Shown: positions 49,322-59,481, counted from the stretch's first letter. The stretch: 64,000 nucleotides of DNA from Candidatus Wolfebacteria bacterium RIFCSPLOWO2_01_FULL_47_17b (GCA_001793865.1 MGIS01000023.1:60137-124136); one strand, 5' to 3'. The notes: generated by a model not told the origin, from the sequence alone. Numbers and translations: made by a program.

Positions 49322-50319
49322 AGATAATCAATCTTCATGGCTTTGCGCACGACGTGCATTGTCTTTGCCGCCTCAGTCCGAGCGTGCTCGGTCCCTTTTT
49401 CCAGTATGCGCATAACCGCTTTGGGATTCTTCGCTAACTTTTGGCGTTTCTCTCGTATAGGACGAATGGTGCTTTCCAAAATTTCTGCGAGTCTTTTTTT
49501 GAGCGCTACATCTCCCAATCCGCCCTCCTGGTACTGTTTTTTAAGCCGCTGTACTTCTTTTACATCCGGATCGAATGCATCCAAATAGGTAAACACTGTG
49601 TTTCCTTCCACGCGCCCGGGGTCGGATACATGGATATGTTTTGGGTCGGTATACATTTTCTGCACTTTCTCACGGATCTCTTTTCCGGAATCTGCCAGAA
49701 ATATGGCATTACCGAGTGATTTTCCCATTTTTGCTTTTCCGTCTATGCCGGGCAAGCGCGGGGTTTTAGAAAGAAGCGGAGCAACCTTCTTAAACGTTTT
49801 TTTATATATTCGGTTGAATTTGTCGGCGATCTCATTTGTCTGCTCGATCATAGGCAACTGGTCCTCTCCTACCGGTACTACATCCGAGCGAAACGCGAGT
49901 ATGTCGGCCGCTTGGTTTACCGGATGCATAAAAAATCCTGCGGGCACAGTTTTGGTAAATCCCTTTTCCACCATTTCAGTTTTGACAGTCGGATTTTGTC
50001 CGAGCCGCAAGACAGTCACCAAGTTCAGAAAATACACCGTAAGTTCGGCGATTTCTGGAACAAGTGACTGGATAAATATAGTTGTCTTCTTCGGATCAAT
50101 TCCCGCGGCTAGATAATCCAGCGCCAGCTCCAGGATGTTTTCACGCACTTTTTCCGGATGTTCCGCTTGTGCCGAAAGCGCTTGCACGTCCGCGATCATA
50201 ACAAACTGGTCATATCCTTTTTTTTGGAGTTCCAACCTGTTTTGTAGCGATCCTATGTAGTGGCCCAGGTGCAGTCTGCCCGTCGGCCTGTCTCCTGTGA
50301 GTGAACGTTTTGTGTGCAT
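49318..50319 (-). CDS. trpS: Tryptophanyl-tRNA synthetase
   Basis: TGDRPTGRLHLGH, QAADI, VPVGEDQ, KMGKS. Confidence 0.97.
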   Translation of the reverse strand: MHTKRSLTGDRPTGRLHLGHYIGSLQNRLELQKKGYDQFVMIADVQALSAQAEHPEKVRENILELALDYLAAGIDPKKTTIFIQSLVPEIAELTVYFLNLVTVLRLGQNPTVKTEMVEKGFTKTVPAGFFMHPVNQAADILAFRSDVVPVGEDQLPMIEQTNEIADKFNRIYKKTFKKVAPLLSKTPRLPGIDGKAKMGKSLGNAIFLADSGKEIREKVQKMYTDPKHIHVSDPGRVEGNTVFTYLDAFDPDVKEVQRLKKQYQEGGLGDVALKKRLAEILESTIRPIREKRQKLAKNPKAVMRILEKGTEHARTEAAKTMHVVRKAMKIDYL

Positions 50320-50365
50320 AATGCTAATCTACGAATTATATGCGAATGCCGCGAATCAAACAATG

Positions 50366-50436
50366 TCGGGCCGCAGGGAATCGAACCCTGACTACAAGAC
50401 CCCCAGCCTTGTGTACTACCACTATACGACGGCCCG
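50366..50436 (-). tRNA. tRNA-Pro(GGG)
   Basis: CGGGCCGTCGTATAGTGGTAGTACA-CAAGG-CTGGGGG-TCTTG..GGTTCGATTCC..GGCCCGA. Confidence 0.92.
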
Positions 50437-50462
50437 TCGTTTTTGTATAATAAGATAAATAA

Positions 50463-51230
50463 ATGAATAATGGAAGAAGATATCTTCCAGAGGTAAAAGA
50501 AAAGGCTGTTATACTTAGAAGGAAGAATGGGCTGTCTCACAGAGAAATATCAAAAAAACTTGGAATAAGTGTTGGAACAGCCTTTTTGTGGACCCGAGGA
50601 ATTAGTTTGACCGCCAAACAGAAGGAAGCTCTCACGGATAGAGCTGATAAGTCATACGTTGTAAGAAACCATGAAAAAATGGCAAGAGTTGGATGCGCTA
50701 ATCTTTTGAAATACAGAAGCATTCCGACAAATCAAGAATTGATTTTGAGAATAAAAAGATTTAATAAAAAACACGGAAGGATCCCTCTTAAAAGAGAATT
50801 TAATAGCACATACATCTTGTACTTAAAGAGATTTGGTGGATGGAACAATGCTGTTCGTATTGCTGGTTTTAATCCTAACCCTGTTTTCTTTGCAAAAAAA
50901 TTTATAGCCCTGGATGGCCATGTATGTGATTCCTTTGCTGAAAAAATTATTGATGACTAGTTTTTTAGACATAATATTCTTCATGCAAGGAATGTTCTTT
51001 ATGAGGATTCTAAAATGACCGCTGACTTTGCTGTTAATAACTTGCGCATAGAATATTTTGGTCTAGCGGGAGAAGTATATGGTTACGATGATAATATTAA
51101 ATTAAAAAGGAAAATGTGCAAAAGAGACGGATTAATTCTAATTGAAATTTATCCAAAAGACTTATTTAAAAAAGATTGCAGGATTTACCTTCGAAGTCTC
51201 GTATCGAAAATTAAAAAATATAAGGAATAA
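50463..51230 (+). pseudogene. HTH + homing-endonuclease-associated repeat + PD-(D/E)xK-like nuclease, with in-frame TAG at 50958-50960
   Basis: ORFs 50463-50960 and 51015-51230 share a frame with no other stop: ..CDSFAEKIIDD*FFRHNILH..MTADF..RIEYFG..IEIYPKDL. Confidence 0.75.
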
Positions 51231-51293
51231 AAGTCTTTTACGGACGACTGTTGATTAACCCCCACACCAAAGTTTGGTGTGGGGGTATACTTC

Positions 51294-54200
51294 CTATGGA
51301 TTCCCGCTAATATACTCCCTCGTGAACGGTCCAAAGTATCCCTGTGGAGGATTGATGCCATTGGCCTGCTGGAATCTGGCCAGAGCTTGTTGAGTTCGTT
51401 GGCCAAAGAGCGTGGTTTCATTGTTTGGAGATCCAGCTCCTGAGGTAGCAACCAGAAAGCCTTTTTGGTTGAGGTAGATTTGGAGTTGCCTGACGTCTTC
51501 TCCTTGAGATCCGATGGTGAGGTTTCTGTTGAATCCTGAGCTTGCTTGCCCTGAGTTTATCGAAGGGGTCGAAGGAGAGGTTGGAGTAAATATATCCCCT
51601 CCACTCACACTACAGATACCATTGGGGCATGGATCGATCTGAGATGGTTGTATGGGAGTGGTATTGATGAGGGGTGCGGTTTGTAATGCTTTCTGCTGGG
51701 CTACCTTGAGGAATAATGATTGGAGTATGGAGAATAAGGTTTGGATGCGGGATTGGAGATCGGAAAGGGGGTTGATGGAATCGGAAGTCGGAGGTTGGGT
51801 GGTGGAAGTTGGAGAGGGACGGGGGCTGGGAGAGCGTCTGATCGTAGAACCTCCGCCACCACCACCGCTTCCTCCGGTTGAGGTTGTTTGGGTAGGGGTT
51901 GGAGAGGGGGTGGGTTGTATATCTCGATAGAAACATTGTTTTTTATAGCCTTGGTAGGGATCGGGGAATACCTCATTACCGCAGGCGGTTCCATCGGTGA
52001 TGATTCTAGTTGTGTAATGTCCTGCAAGACCGTATTGGACTTCTTTGGCGCCTGAAAAGTCGCAATACGCAAATTCATATGAACAGAATGTCCAGCCGGG
52101 ACGCGATTCGGGCGATTCGGTTTGCGTTGGAGATATTTGCGGTGAGGTAATAGTGATACCGACACTTTGTGAGATTGTCTGTGTATTATTATTGTCCGTT
52201 GCCTTGGCAACAAGCGTATATGTACCAGCTGGAGGGTTGGGCCAGGTGTATTGATGGGGAAATGAGGTATCGGTTCCAAGTAGGGTGGTACCTCGAAAGA
52301 ATTCTACCTTGGTGACCGTGCCATCGGAATCTGATGCGGACGCGCTCAGAATAAGAGGCGATCCTGCGGGATGGGACGAGTTGTGAGACGGAGAGGTGAG
52401 AGAGATAGTTGGGGGTATATTTTGCGGTTCAACGAGTACAAAAGATCTTCTCGCTTCGACTGGCGGATTAACACCGTCCGAAATTACAAGAACAAGTTCA
52501 TATATGGCTCCGATGGCTTCAAGAGATACCAATTGATTATTTTCATTTGTTTTTGATCCCGCCATACTTAACGAGCCAGAGCTTTGGCCGGGAGCTTGTG
52601 TCGTTTGTTTGATAAGAGCTTTCTCCCACCCATCTCCTAGACGATCAATGTGCCATCCAACTGTTAGCGAAGACGAATCAGCATCCGTCGCTGTTCCGCC
52701 GAATTGCACGGTTGATCCCTTGGAAACAGTGCCGTTGTTTGAAGACGGCTGACTGATACTTGCGGCGGGAGGATTATTTTGAGGCGTTGGGGTTGTAGAT
52801 TGTGTCCCCTGCCATATACGGAGCGCGTAATGGCTGGCAGGGGGCGTTACACTGACCGAGCTTCCGGCATTCAACGAGAATTCAGATCCCCACGTTCCGT
52901 TTGTCGCGTTGTACCATTGTGCTTGCACCGTCCCCATCATATCGGATAGGTTAATCGCAAATGCTCCGCTTGACTCTGTCCAATACACGTGCTCTAAGCC
53001 GTTTTTCTTAGCTTCAAATCTATTGCTTCCTAAATCAATGAATGAATTAAACTTCCAATATTGAATTCCGGAATTCCAAAAATCTGCAAGATGAGAGGTG
53101 TAAATAGCACCCTGTTGGGACAGGGAATCTTCATCACCATATCTCCACCATTCAAAGTTTCCATAAACTAACCCCGCAGAACCGCCCATTATCAGTCGCC
53201 AACTATCAATAAGGATATTTATTGCGTCCTGCGAAGAATGATAACCAGCGGGTTCATATCCGTATTCTCCATTTATATATGGCATCCCAAGACTACGCGC
53301 AGTAACTGCATCGCTAAATAAGTTGGTGTATTTCTGCACCATGTAAAAATCTAAATGGTCTTCGGGATCTAATTCAGGAAATTCATTATTAGGGTGAATG
53401 GTGGTTAAATTATTATATGGATCATTTGTTCTAAAATAATCGGCTATATCATCCCAATCTGTTTCAGATCCATACTCATTATATTCTCCCACAGAAACCC
53501 AAATTACTGGATAAGCCGCGTATCTATTAATTATATACTGAGCAAAATTATGCCTTTGGGCTATAGTAAACTGAGAATAGAAATTATCATCAGCCCAGCC
53601 CAAAAGAAGGCCTATTATAAAATTTTTATCAGCTGCGTACTGAATTCTGCTATCTACGTACTGAAAAAACTCAGGATTTATTGTGTTTTTATTACCATTT
53701 GTAAAAGATGTTTCCCCGTGAAGAGTATTGTTGGTATTGCTGTACCAAATATTTATTTGGGCATAATTAAAATTCTGATTAATTCGTGTGTTTACACCGA
53801 TATTGAAAAGAGTATCGGTAAAGGCTTTTTCATTAGCGGGCGTTCCGCTATCATATAAATGATCCCACCAGGTATCTCCGACCATTAGATACCGGTCTCC
53901 GTTGCTCCATTTGAAATAAAGCGGGTTGCTTGGATCAATAGTCACTCTTCCCTTCTTTGATGAAGAAACTGCTGTTATCGCCCCGGACTTGTTATTGAGA
54001 CCCGAATCTGACGAGGAAGTCTGATACGAATAGGTTCCTGTATACGGAGGAGCAAACCGTATTTTCCATGTATCTCCTCCGTCCCAAAAACCTTTTATGG
54101 TCATCGATTTGCCTGACGCGTTACCCGACGTCCCGGTAAATGTTGCGGATACCGTTGCTTGAGTGTATGGATTAGCATAGGTGCCGCTGTCCTGAAGCGT

Positions 54201-54365
54201 TAATTCATATATTTCATACTGCCCAATCGTTGCTCCTCCAACTTGCGCGGTTAGCAATAGGCTGTTGTAATTTTTCCCTCCTTCTTGCGCATAGAGAAAT
54301 ATGTTCGCCACAATAAACAACAAAATAAGAAATGCCGTTGCGGCGTGAATATGTTTTTCTTCCAT
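51294..54365 (-). CDS. Large secreted glycoside-hydrolase-like multidomain protein (DUF5060/DUF4038-like, Ig-like, peptidoglycan-binding)
   Basis: GFWDGGDTWKIRFAP, GDTWW, GEYNE, TTIHP, NGEYGYE; Ig SDSDGTVTKVEF; PG-binding GSQGEDVRQLQ..T..ALARFQ. Confidence 0.78.
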   Translation of the reverse strand: MEEKHIHAATAFLILLFIVANIFLYAQEGGKNYNSLLLTAQVGGATIGQYEIYELTLQDSGTYANPYTQATVSATFTGTSGNASGKSMTIKGFWDGGDTWKIRFAPPYTGTYSYQTSSSDSGLNNKSGAITAVSSSKKGRVTIDPSNPLYFKWSNGDRYLMVGDTWWDHLYDSGTPANEKAFTDTLFNIGVNTRINQNFNYAQINIWYSNTNNTLHGETSFTNGNKNTINPEFFQYVDSRIQYAADKNFIIGLLLGWADDNFYSQFTIAQRHNFAQYIINRYAAYPVIWVSVGEYNEYGSETDWDDIADYFRTNDPYNNLTTIHPNNEFPELDPEDHLDFYMVQKYTNLFSDAVTARSLGMPYINGEYGYEPAGYHSSQDAINILIDSWRLIMGGSAGLVYGNFEWWRYGDEDSLSQQGAIYTSHLADFWNSGIQYWKFNSFIDLGSNRFEAKKNGLEHVYWTESSGAFAINLSDMMGTVQAQWYNATNGTWGSEFSLNAGSSVSVTPPASHYALRIWQGTQSTTPTPQNNPPAASISQPSSNNGTVSKGSTVQFGGTATDADSSSLTVGWHIDRLGDGWEKALIKQTTQAPGQSSGSLSMAGSKTNENNQLVSLEAIGAIYELVLVISDGVNPPVEARRSFVLVEPQNIPPTISLTSPSHNSSHPAGSPLILSASASDSDGTVTKVEFFRGTTLLGTDTSFPHQYTWPNPPAGTYTLVAKATDNNNTQTISQSVGITITSPQISPTQTESPESRPGWTFCSYEFAYCDFSGAKEVQYGLAGHYTTRIITDGTACGNEVFPDPYQGYKKQCFYRDIQPTPSPTPTQTTSTGGSGGGGGGSTIRRSPSPRPSPTSTTQPPTSDSINPLSDLQSRIQTLFSILQSLFLKVAQQKALQTAPLINTTPIQPSQIDPCPNGICSVSGGDIFTPTSPSTPSINSGQASSGFNRNLTIGSQGEDVRQLQIYLNQKGFLVATSGAGSPNNETTLFGQRTQQALARFQQANGINPPQGYFGPFTREYISGNP

Positions 54366-54415
54366 GTATATTATATTAACAAATAAATAAAAATCCCGCT
54401 ATTTCCGCGGGATCT

Positions 54416-54604
54416 TCATTTTCCGTCCTTGTTCATCTTCTTTATGCAGTTGGCGCAAGCTAAAATGCGCTTCCCCTCAAGGGTACGCGTTTTTTGCAGA
54501 TTCGGATATTTTCGAGACCAGTTGACGGGGTTGTAATTTCCTCGCAGTTTTCTGCGCGTTCCTCCCATCACGGATCCTTTTTCGCAAATTTGGCAAACTT
54601 TCAT
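54416..54604 (-). CDS. rpmB: 50S ribosomal protein L28
   Basis: MKVCQICEKG..RKYPNLQK..LACANCIK. Confidence 0.88.
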   Translation of the reverse strand: MKVCQICEKGSVMGGTRRKLRGNYNPVNWSRKYPNLQKTRTLEGKRILACANCIKKMNKDGK

Positions 54605-54706
54605 CCCGTTAGAAATTTTAGATACGTAATAATATAAACAATCTATGCTCATTGCTATATGCATATCCCGTTTAGAAAATCATTTATTCCCAAATTTCTA
54701 ACGGGA
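54604..54706. mobile_element. MITE-like element, TIR TCCCGTTAGAAATTT, flanked by TTCA direct repeats
   Basis: TTCA at 54600-54603 and 54707-54710. Confidence 0.72.
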
Positions 54707-54718
54707 TTCATAAACACG

Positions 54719-54838
54719 AATGAGCCCCCTTAAAGATTTCCCGGCGAAGAGCCAGGTGGGTGGGCTCAATTCCGACCCACAGGCCGAAATAATTCGCCCT
54801 CCCTAACATAATCAATCCGGAATCTTTAATAGGGCTCA
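54719..54838 (-). ncRNA. ssrS: Compact 6S-like RNA (~120 nt)
   Basis: Closing stem GAGCCCTATTAAAGATT/AATCTTTAAGGGGGCTC; GGGAG after the 5' bubble and CACCCACCTG..CGGG as in Firmicutes-type 6S; own promoter. Confidence 0.6.
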
Positions 54839-54843
54839 TCTAC

Positions 54844-54872
54844 AAGATACCGCCATCCACAGCGAAAGTCAA
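54844..54872 (-). promoter_or_regulatory. sigma70 promoter of the 6S-like RNA
   Basis: TTGACT-17-TATCTT. Confidence 0.7.
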
Positions 54873-55014
54873 TCCACACCCAGCGGGGTTTTACGGCATA
54901 GCCGTCTTGCACGCGAAGTGAACCATGAAATCATACCGGAAATCGATCTTCCCGATCTTCCGTTCGAAGAGACCCTTTCCCCCATTGGCAAGCGGTGGCT
55001 CATGCGGGAACTTT

Positions 55015-55040
55015 CAAAAGCGGCGTAATGCCGCTTTTTG
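55015..55040. terminator. Bidirectional intrinsic terminator after ndk
   Basis: AAAAGCGGC-GTAAT-GCCGCTTTT. Confidence 0.7.
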
Positions 55041-55610
55041 CTACTTATACAAGACGGTTTCTCTCGGATTTACATATTCCAGTAATTCATCGGGTGTGAA
55101 CCACACATCAATTTCGTATTGAGAATCGAATTCGTTTGCCGATGCGTGCACGAGGTTACGAACTGCTCGATTATGTGTATCCGCGATGTGATACGAATCA
55201 ACGGTGAAATCCCCCCGTATGGTTCCAACATCCGACTGCAACGGTTCGGTTGAACCGACGATCTTCCGAGTCACCTTGATTGCTTGGTGGCCCTCCAGCA
55301 CGAATGCCACGACTGGCGCGGAGGAAAGAAACGTCACGAGCCGGTCGACGATTGATTGACCAAGTTTTTTCGGATCGTCGTGAACTTCAGCCCCACCTTT
55401 GCGCTTACCTTCTATAGATCGATTTCCAAGTGCTTCAATTTCCTCCTCGTTTTTTACATAGTGCTTGTACGCAAGCTCCTTTGAGGGTTGCAGGAGTTTC
55501 ATAGCAACAAGCTTCAATCCCACCCGCTCAAACCGGGAAATAATTTCGCCGATAAGGTTGCGTTGTACGGCATCGGGTTTTAATAACACTAACGTTCGTT
55601 CCTTTGTCAT
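55041..55610 (-). CDS. ndk: Nucleoside diphosphate kinase
   Basis: ERTLVLLKPDAVQR, GTIRGDF, NLVHAS. Confidence 0.95.
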   Translation of the reverse strand: MTKERTLVLLKPDAVQRNLIGEIISRFERVGLKLVAMKLLQPSKELAYKHYVKNEEEIEALGNRSIEGKRKGGAEVHDDPKKLGQSIVDRLVTFLSSAPVVAFVLEGHQAIKVTRKIVGSTEPLQSDVGTIRGDFTVDSYHIADTHNRAVRNLVHASANEFDSQYEIDVWFTPDELLEYVNPRETVLYK

Positions 55611-55611
55611 A

Positions 55612-57033
55612 TTATTTTTCTTTTTTGTTTATCTTTAAATGTAATTCGTCCAGCTGTTTCGTATCCAGTGCCGAGGGGCTTTCCATCATAAGGTCCCGGG
55701 CATCTCCTGTCTTGGGGAATGCGATTACGTCACGGATGCTTTTTTCCTGTGCCAGTATCATCAGCAACCGGTCCAGCCCCCAGGCGATGCCTCCATGCGG
55801 TGGAGCTCCGCTCGCAAGGGCTGTTAGCATGTGTCCAAAATTCTTTTCAATCTGCTCTTTTTCGTAGCCGATTATTTCAAACACTTTGCGCAGGACATCC
55901 GGTTGGTGCGCGCGTATACTTCCGCCTCCTATCTCATATCCGTTGAGCACCACATCATACTGCGTGGTAAGAATGGATCCCACGTCTTGTTTATCCATAA
56001 GTTGGTTCATATGCTCCGGTTTCGGCGCGGAGAACGGATTGTGTGTAAATGTATAGCCGGGCTCGCCCTTCGTAGCTTTAGTGAAGAAGGGAAAATCGAC
56101 TATCCAGCAAAATGCCAGCTCATTCGAATTTTCCTTATCTTCGCGTAGGTCCGGGCGATCTGTCTTATATTTTTCCATCGCCTCCGCGTAGGTAAGCCGC
56201 GGGAATGGGATTTCTTTTATTTTCTTATCTGGAGCAATCGCGCTCACAAGAGCAATCAGCAGTTCCTCGTTGAGCCGCATCACGTCCTCTTGCTCCACAA
56301 AGCTCATCTCAAGATCCAGCTGGGTGAATTCCGGCTGACGGTCTCCGCGCGTATCCTCATCTCGAAAACAGCGTGCGATCTGGAAGTACTTCTCAAATCC
56401 CGCCGCCATCAGAAGCTGCTTATACTGCTGCGGAGACTGCGGCAAGGCGTAAAAGCTTCCGGGGTATAGTCTGGATGGCACGACGTAATCACGCGCTCCT
56501 TCGGGGGTTGATTTGGTGAGAATGGGCGTTTCAATTTCATAAAACCCTTCCGTATCCAGGTAGTCACGTATGAATTTTATTACCCGGTGCCGTAACGCTA
56601 TGTTTTTTTGAAGACGCTCGCGGCGCAGATCCAGATATCTGTACTGCATACGCGTTTCTTCCCCTACTTCATAGCCATCGGTCTGCAGATCAAATACCGG
56701 CGTCGCGGCCTCATTGAGTATTTCAAGTTTCTTTACTTCAAATTCTACCTTTCCGGTCGGCACATCCGGATTCTGCATATTCTCCGGCCGCTCTTTTACA
56801 AGCCCTCTCATTTTCACCACCCACTCCGAACGGAGCGTTTTTGCTTTTTCGTACAGATCCGTTTCGCACCACGGTCCGAACACCGCCTGCACGGAACCGC
56901 TCCGGTCACGCAGATTAATGAATATGAGTTTCCCATGGTCGCGCCGAACCGCAACCAAGCCGCGCAGTTCAACCTCCTCTCCGACGTGGTCAAGTATTTC
57001 CAGTATGGACATAATATCTACACCATACCGCAT
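55612..57033 (-). CDS. aspS: Aspartyl-tRNA synthetase (short, no GAD domain; start uncertain)
   Basis: RRDHG, YRYLDLRR, ALPQSPQ, CFRDED.R.DRQPEFTQ, PPHGGIAWGLDR. Confidence 0.95.
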   Translation of the reverse strand: MRYGVDIMSILEILDHVGEEVELRGLVAVRRDHGKLIFINLRDRSGSVQAVFGPWCETDLYEKAKTLRSEWVVKMRGLVKERPENMQNPDVPTGKVEFEVKKLEILNEAATPVFDLQTDGYEVGEETRMQYRYLDLRRERLQKNIALRHRVIKFIRDYLDTEGFYEIETPILTKSTPEGARDYVVPSRLYPGSFYALPQSPQQYKQLLMAAGFEKYFQIARCFRDEDTRGDRQPEFTQLDLEMSFVEQEDVMRLNEELLIALVSAIAPDKKIKEIPFPRLTYAEAMEKYKTDRPDLREDKENSNELAFCWIVDFPFFTKATKGEPGYTFTHNPFSAPKPEHMNQLMDKQDVGSILTTQYDVVLNGYEIGGGSIRAHQPDVLRKVFEIIGYEKEQIEKNFGHMLTALASGAPPHGGIAWGLDRLLMILAQEKSIRDVIAFPKTGDARDLMMESPSALDTKQLDELHLKINKKEK

Positions 57034-57055
57034 TCGCCTGCTTGTTTGCAACTGA

Positions 57056-57919
57056 TCAAGGTTCAACCTCGCTCACATTGAGCGAGGTTGAACCTTGATC
57101 TATTTTCTGCACTCTTACTGAACCATTTTCCGTATACACCCGCACCGTCCCCTGCTCGTCGGTTCGCAGAATGTGCGAACCAACGGAACTGAGGCGCGAA
57201 AGCGTCTCGGGGGTGGGATGACCGTACGAGTTTGTACCTACTTCAATAACCGACAACAGAGGTGAAACTTCCCGTACAAACAACATAGACGACGAATACT
57301 TCGATCCATGGTGCGGTACTTTCAGTATGTCCGCATCGATATCGAATAGCGATACTATAATGTCTTCCACCCGTTCGCTTATATCCCCCGCAAACAATAC
57401 CGCGTAATCCGTATGCTTGTATTTTAATACGATGGATTTCTCATTATCCGTTTTTGCGTTGTATAGGGGGTCCGGCCACAGCACCGTTGCTGTCACATCT
57501 TTATGTGTAATACGATCGTGCATATCCAATTTGTAAACGGCCACTCCTTTCTGTTTGGCGTAGTCGAGCACCTCCTCCCATGTCTCGTGGTATCCATTTC
57601 CCACCAAAAGCACACCCACCGAGAACCGATCCAGCACCTGGTATATGCCTCCCGCGTGATCTGAGTCCGCGTGCGTAAGAAGCACCACATCTATATATTT
57701 TTTATCTTCTAATACGCGCTCCAGTTCAATACTCGTTTTCCCGTCCCGTCCCGCGTCTATGAGCATATGTATCCCCCGGTGCGCGACAAGTTCCGCGTCC
57801 CCTTGTCCGATGTTCAAAAAATACACACTTGATTCGTCCGAATCGGAGAAAATCGCGCGTGCGCAGAGTATATTCGCGACTGCAAGCACTACTCCTATGA
57901 CAATGAAAATTCGTACCAT
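57056..57919 (-). CDS. ComEC-associated metallo-beta-lactamase-fold protein
   Basis: NIGQGDA, THADSDH, GD, LKVPHHGS, NSYGHP, RTD. Confidence 0.9.
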   Translation of the reverse strand: MVRIFIVIGVVLAVANILCARAIFSDSDESSVYFLNIGQGDAELVAHRGIHMLIDAGRDGKTSIELERVLEDKKYIDVVLLTHADSDHAGGIYQVLDRFSVGVLLVGNGYHETWEEVLDYAKQKGVAVYKLDMHDRITHKDVTATVLWPDPLYNAKTDNEKSIVLKYKHTDYAVLFAGDISERVEDIIVSLFDIDADILKVPHHGSKYSSSMLFVREVSPLLSVIEVGTNSYGHPTPETLSRLSSVGSHILRTDEQGTVRVYTENGSVRVQKIDQGSTSLNVSEVEP

Positions 57920-59304
57920 AGCTTTTTTTTGCGTGCATATGCCGCCAGTCCGATGCACGCGGCATAATACACGATTGTCACGAGGATCGACTTTGTCCAA
58001 GGCACCCTCTCAAACGATCCGAATACTTGTATGACCTCTAGCATATATGCAAGTGCCGGCTGAACCGCCAGCGACGCGATAGAGCCGATTGTCACCGATA
58101 CTATGCCCACTATCCCTACACAAAACGAAATGCCCATCACTAGTGGCACGAGCGGAAGGATGAGCACGTTTGCCAATACCCCTACGGGGGAAAATCCGTC
58201 AAAAAGAAATACAAGCACCGGCATGACTGCCATCTGGGCCGCAAGCGTTTCCGCAAGTACCTTGCAGTGGGTTAATTTTACAAGTAGCGGCGCTATATAC
58301 ACGATCCCAAAAAGCGACAAGAATGAAAGCGTGAATCCGGCATCGTAGCGTATGGCATAGGGGCTTGCCACGAGCATCATGCATCCAACAGCAACCGCGC
58401 TTTGTCTGAAGTCATACACGCGCCCCAAATACTGCGAACTTATCATAAGCATCCCCATGATCGCCGCCCGCACGATGGAGGCTTCCGCGCCCGTCATCAG
58501 CGTGAACACGAGCAATATGATGATCGTCGCCCAGAATGTCGTATTCCTTTTCAAAAACATTCCCAGCAATCCGAACAGCCAGATGCTGATCATGGATATG
58601 TTGTAGCCCGAAAGCGCCACGATATGTGTCGTCCCGCTGTTTTGCATAGCTGTCTTCAGCTCCGGCGAGAAGGCGACCGATCCGCCTCCTATTAAAAGCC
58701 CCGTCGCCAGCGATGCCTGGTCATAGGACAATATTTTTACGAATGTATCGCGAATACTCGTCCGAACCTTGAAAAGAATGCGCATTGGTGAAGGATCTCC
58801 TTTTGTATACGTTATAACGCGAGGGCTTTTTACGATTCCTTGCACGAGGTCTTTTGTAAGGTATTGCTGCGTTTCGCCTAATGCTTCCGGAACCCCCGAA
58901 AGTACAAATCTATCGCCGTACTCCACTTCCTGTGAAAATGGCATATACACCTGCGCATTCCCATGCCGCGTGGATAGTATAAATCCTTTGCCAAACTCGG
59001 AAAGTCGTGGGTACGATCGTACGGTGCCTTCGATAGAGATCTCCGCTCCAAGCGGCAGTGGTTCGTACGTTCTATCCGCCCAGAAATGCGCATACACAAA
59101 ACCTAGTAGTACGCACACGCATCCGATGCCTACGCACACTGCATACGCGTGTTTTGAGACAAGGTATGTAAACAGCCCCATAAGAATTCCTAAGACAGAC
59201 ACGAGCACTACGAATACGAATACAACTTCATACACGCGCAATGCAATTCCGACTATAATCCCAAGACAAATGGTAAAAAGTATGTGTGATTTTAACAGCC
59301 TCAT
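57895..59304 (-). CDS. comEC: ComEC/Rec2 competence membrane protein
   Basis: SGTTHIVALSGYN, SIVRAAIM, GFTLSF, ANVLILP. Confidence 0.92.
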   Translation of the reverse strand: MRLLKSHILFTICLGIIVGIALRVYEVVFVFVVLVSVLGILMGLFTYLVSKHAYAVCVGIGCVCVLLGFVYAHFWADRTYEPLPLGAEISIEGTVRSYPRLSEFGKGFILSTRHGNAQVYMPFSQEVEYGDRFVLSGVPEALGETQQYLTKDLVQGIVKSPRVITYTKGDPSPMRILFKVRTSIRDTFVKILSYDQASLATGLLIGGGSVAFSPELKTAMQNSGTTHIVALSGYNISMISIWLFGLLGMFLKRNTTFWATIIILLVFTLMTGAEASIVRAAIMGMLMISSQYLGRVYDFRQSAVAVGCMMLVASPYAIRYDAGFTLSFLSLFGIVYIAPLLVKLTHCKVLAETLAAQMAVMPVLVFLFDGFSPVGVLANVLILPLVPLVMGISFCVGIVGIVSVTIGSIASLAVQPALAYMLEVIQVFGSFERVPWTKSILVTIVYYAACIGLAAYARKKKLWYEFSLS

Positions 59305-59373
59305 GTGGGTTATGGGTTTTGAGTTGTGTGTTTTGAGTTTCTCATTACTCACTACTCACAACTCATTACTCAA

Positions 59374-59476
59374 TCAATAATCAAACCCCTTTTTTGCCGT
59401 GTCCTTGGGCGCGCACCATATGCGCGATGCATGCGCTTGTTTTCCCCGCTCCGTTTCCGGTAAAAATGACAACCAT
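59374..59476 (-). pseudogene. Internally deleted CobO/BtuR adenosyltransferase remnant
   Basis: MVVIFTGNGAGKTSACIAHMVRAQGHGKK joined out of frame to KGFDY*, resembling the family's N- and C-terminal motifs. Confidence 0.7.
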
Positions 59477-59481
59477 AGGTT

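Noticed and set aside
54880-55028. Plus-strand frame ending ..RELSKAA*, resembling a tmRNA tag
   Set aside because: No tRNA-like acceptor or T-arm ends flank it, and the AA* falls inside the terminator hairpin; it may be a gene remnant.
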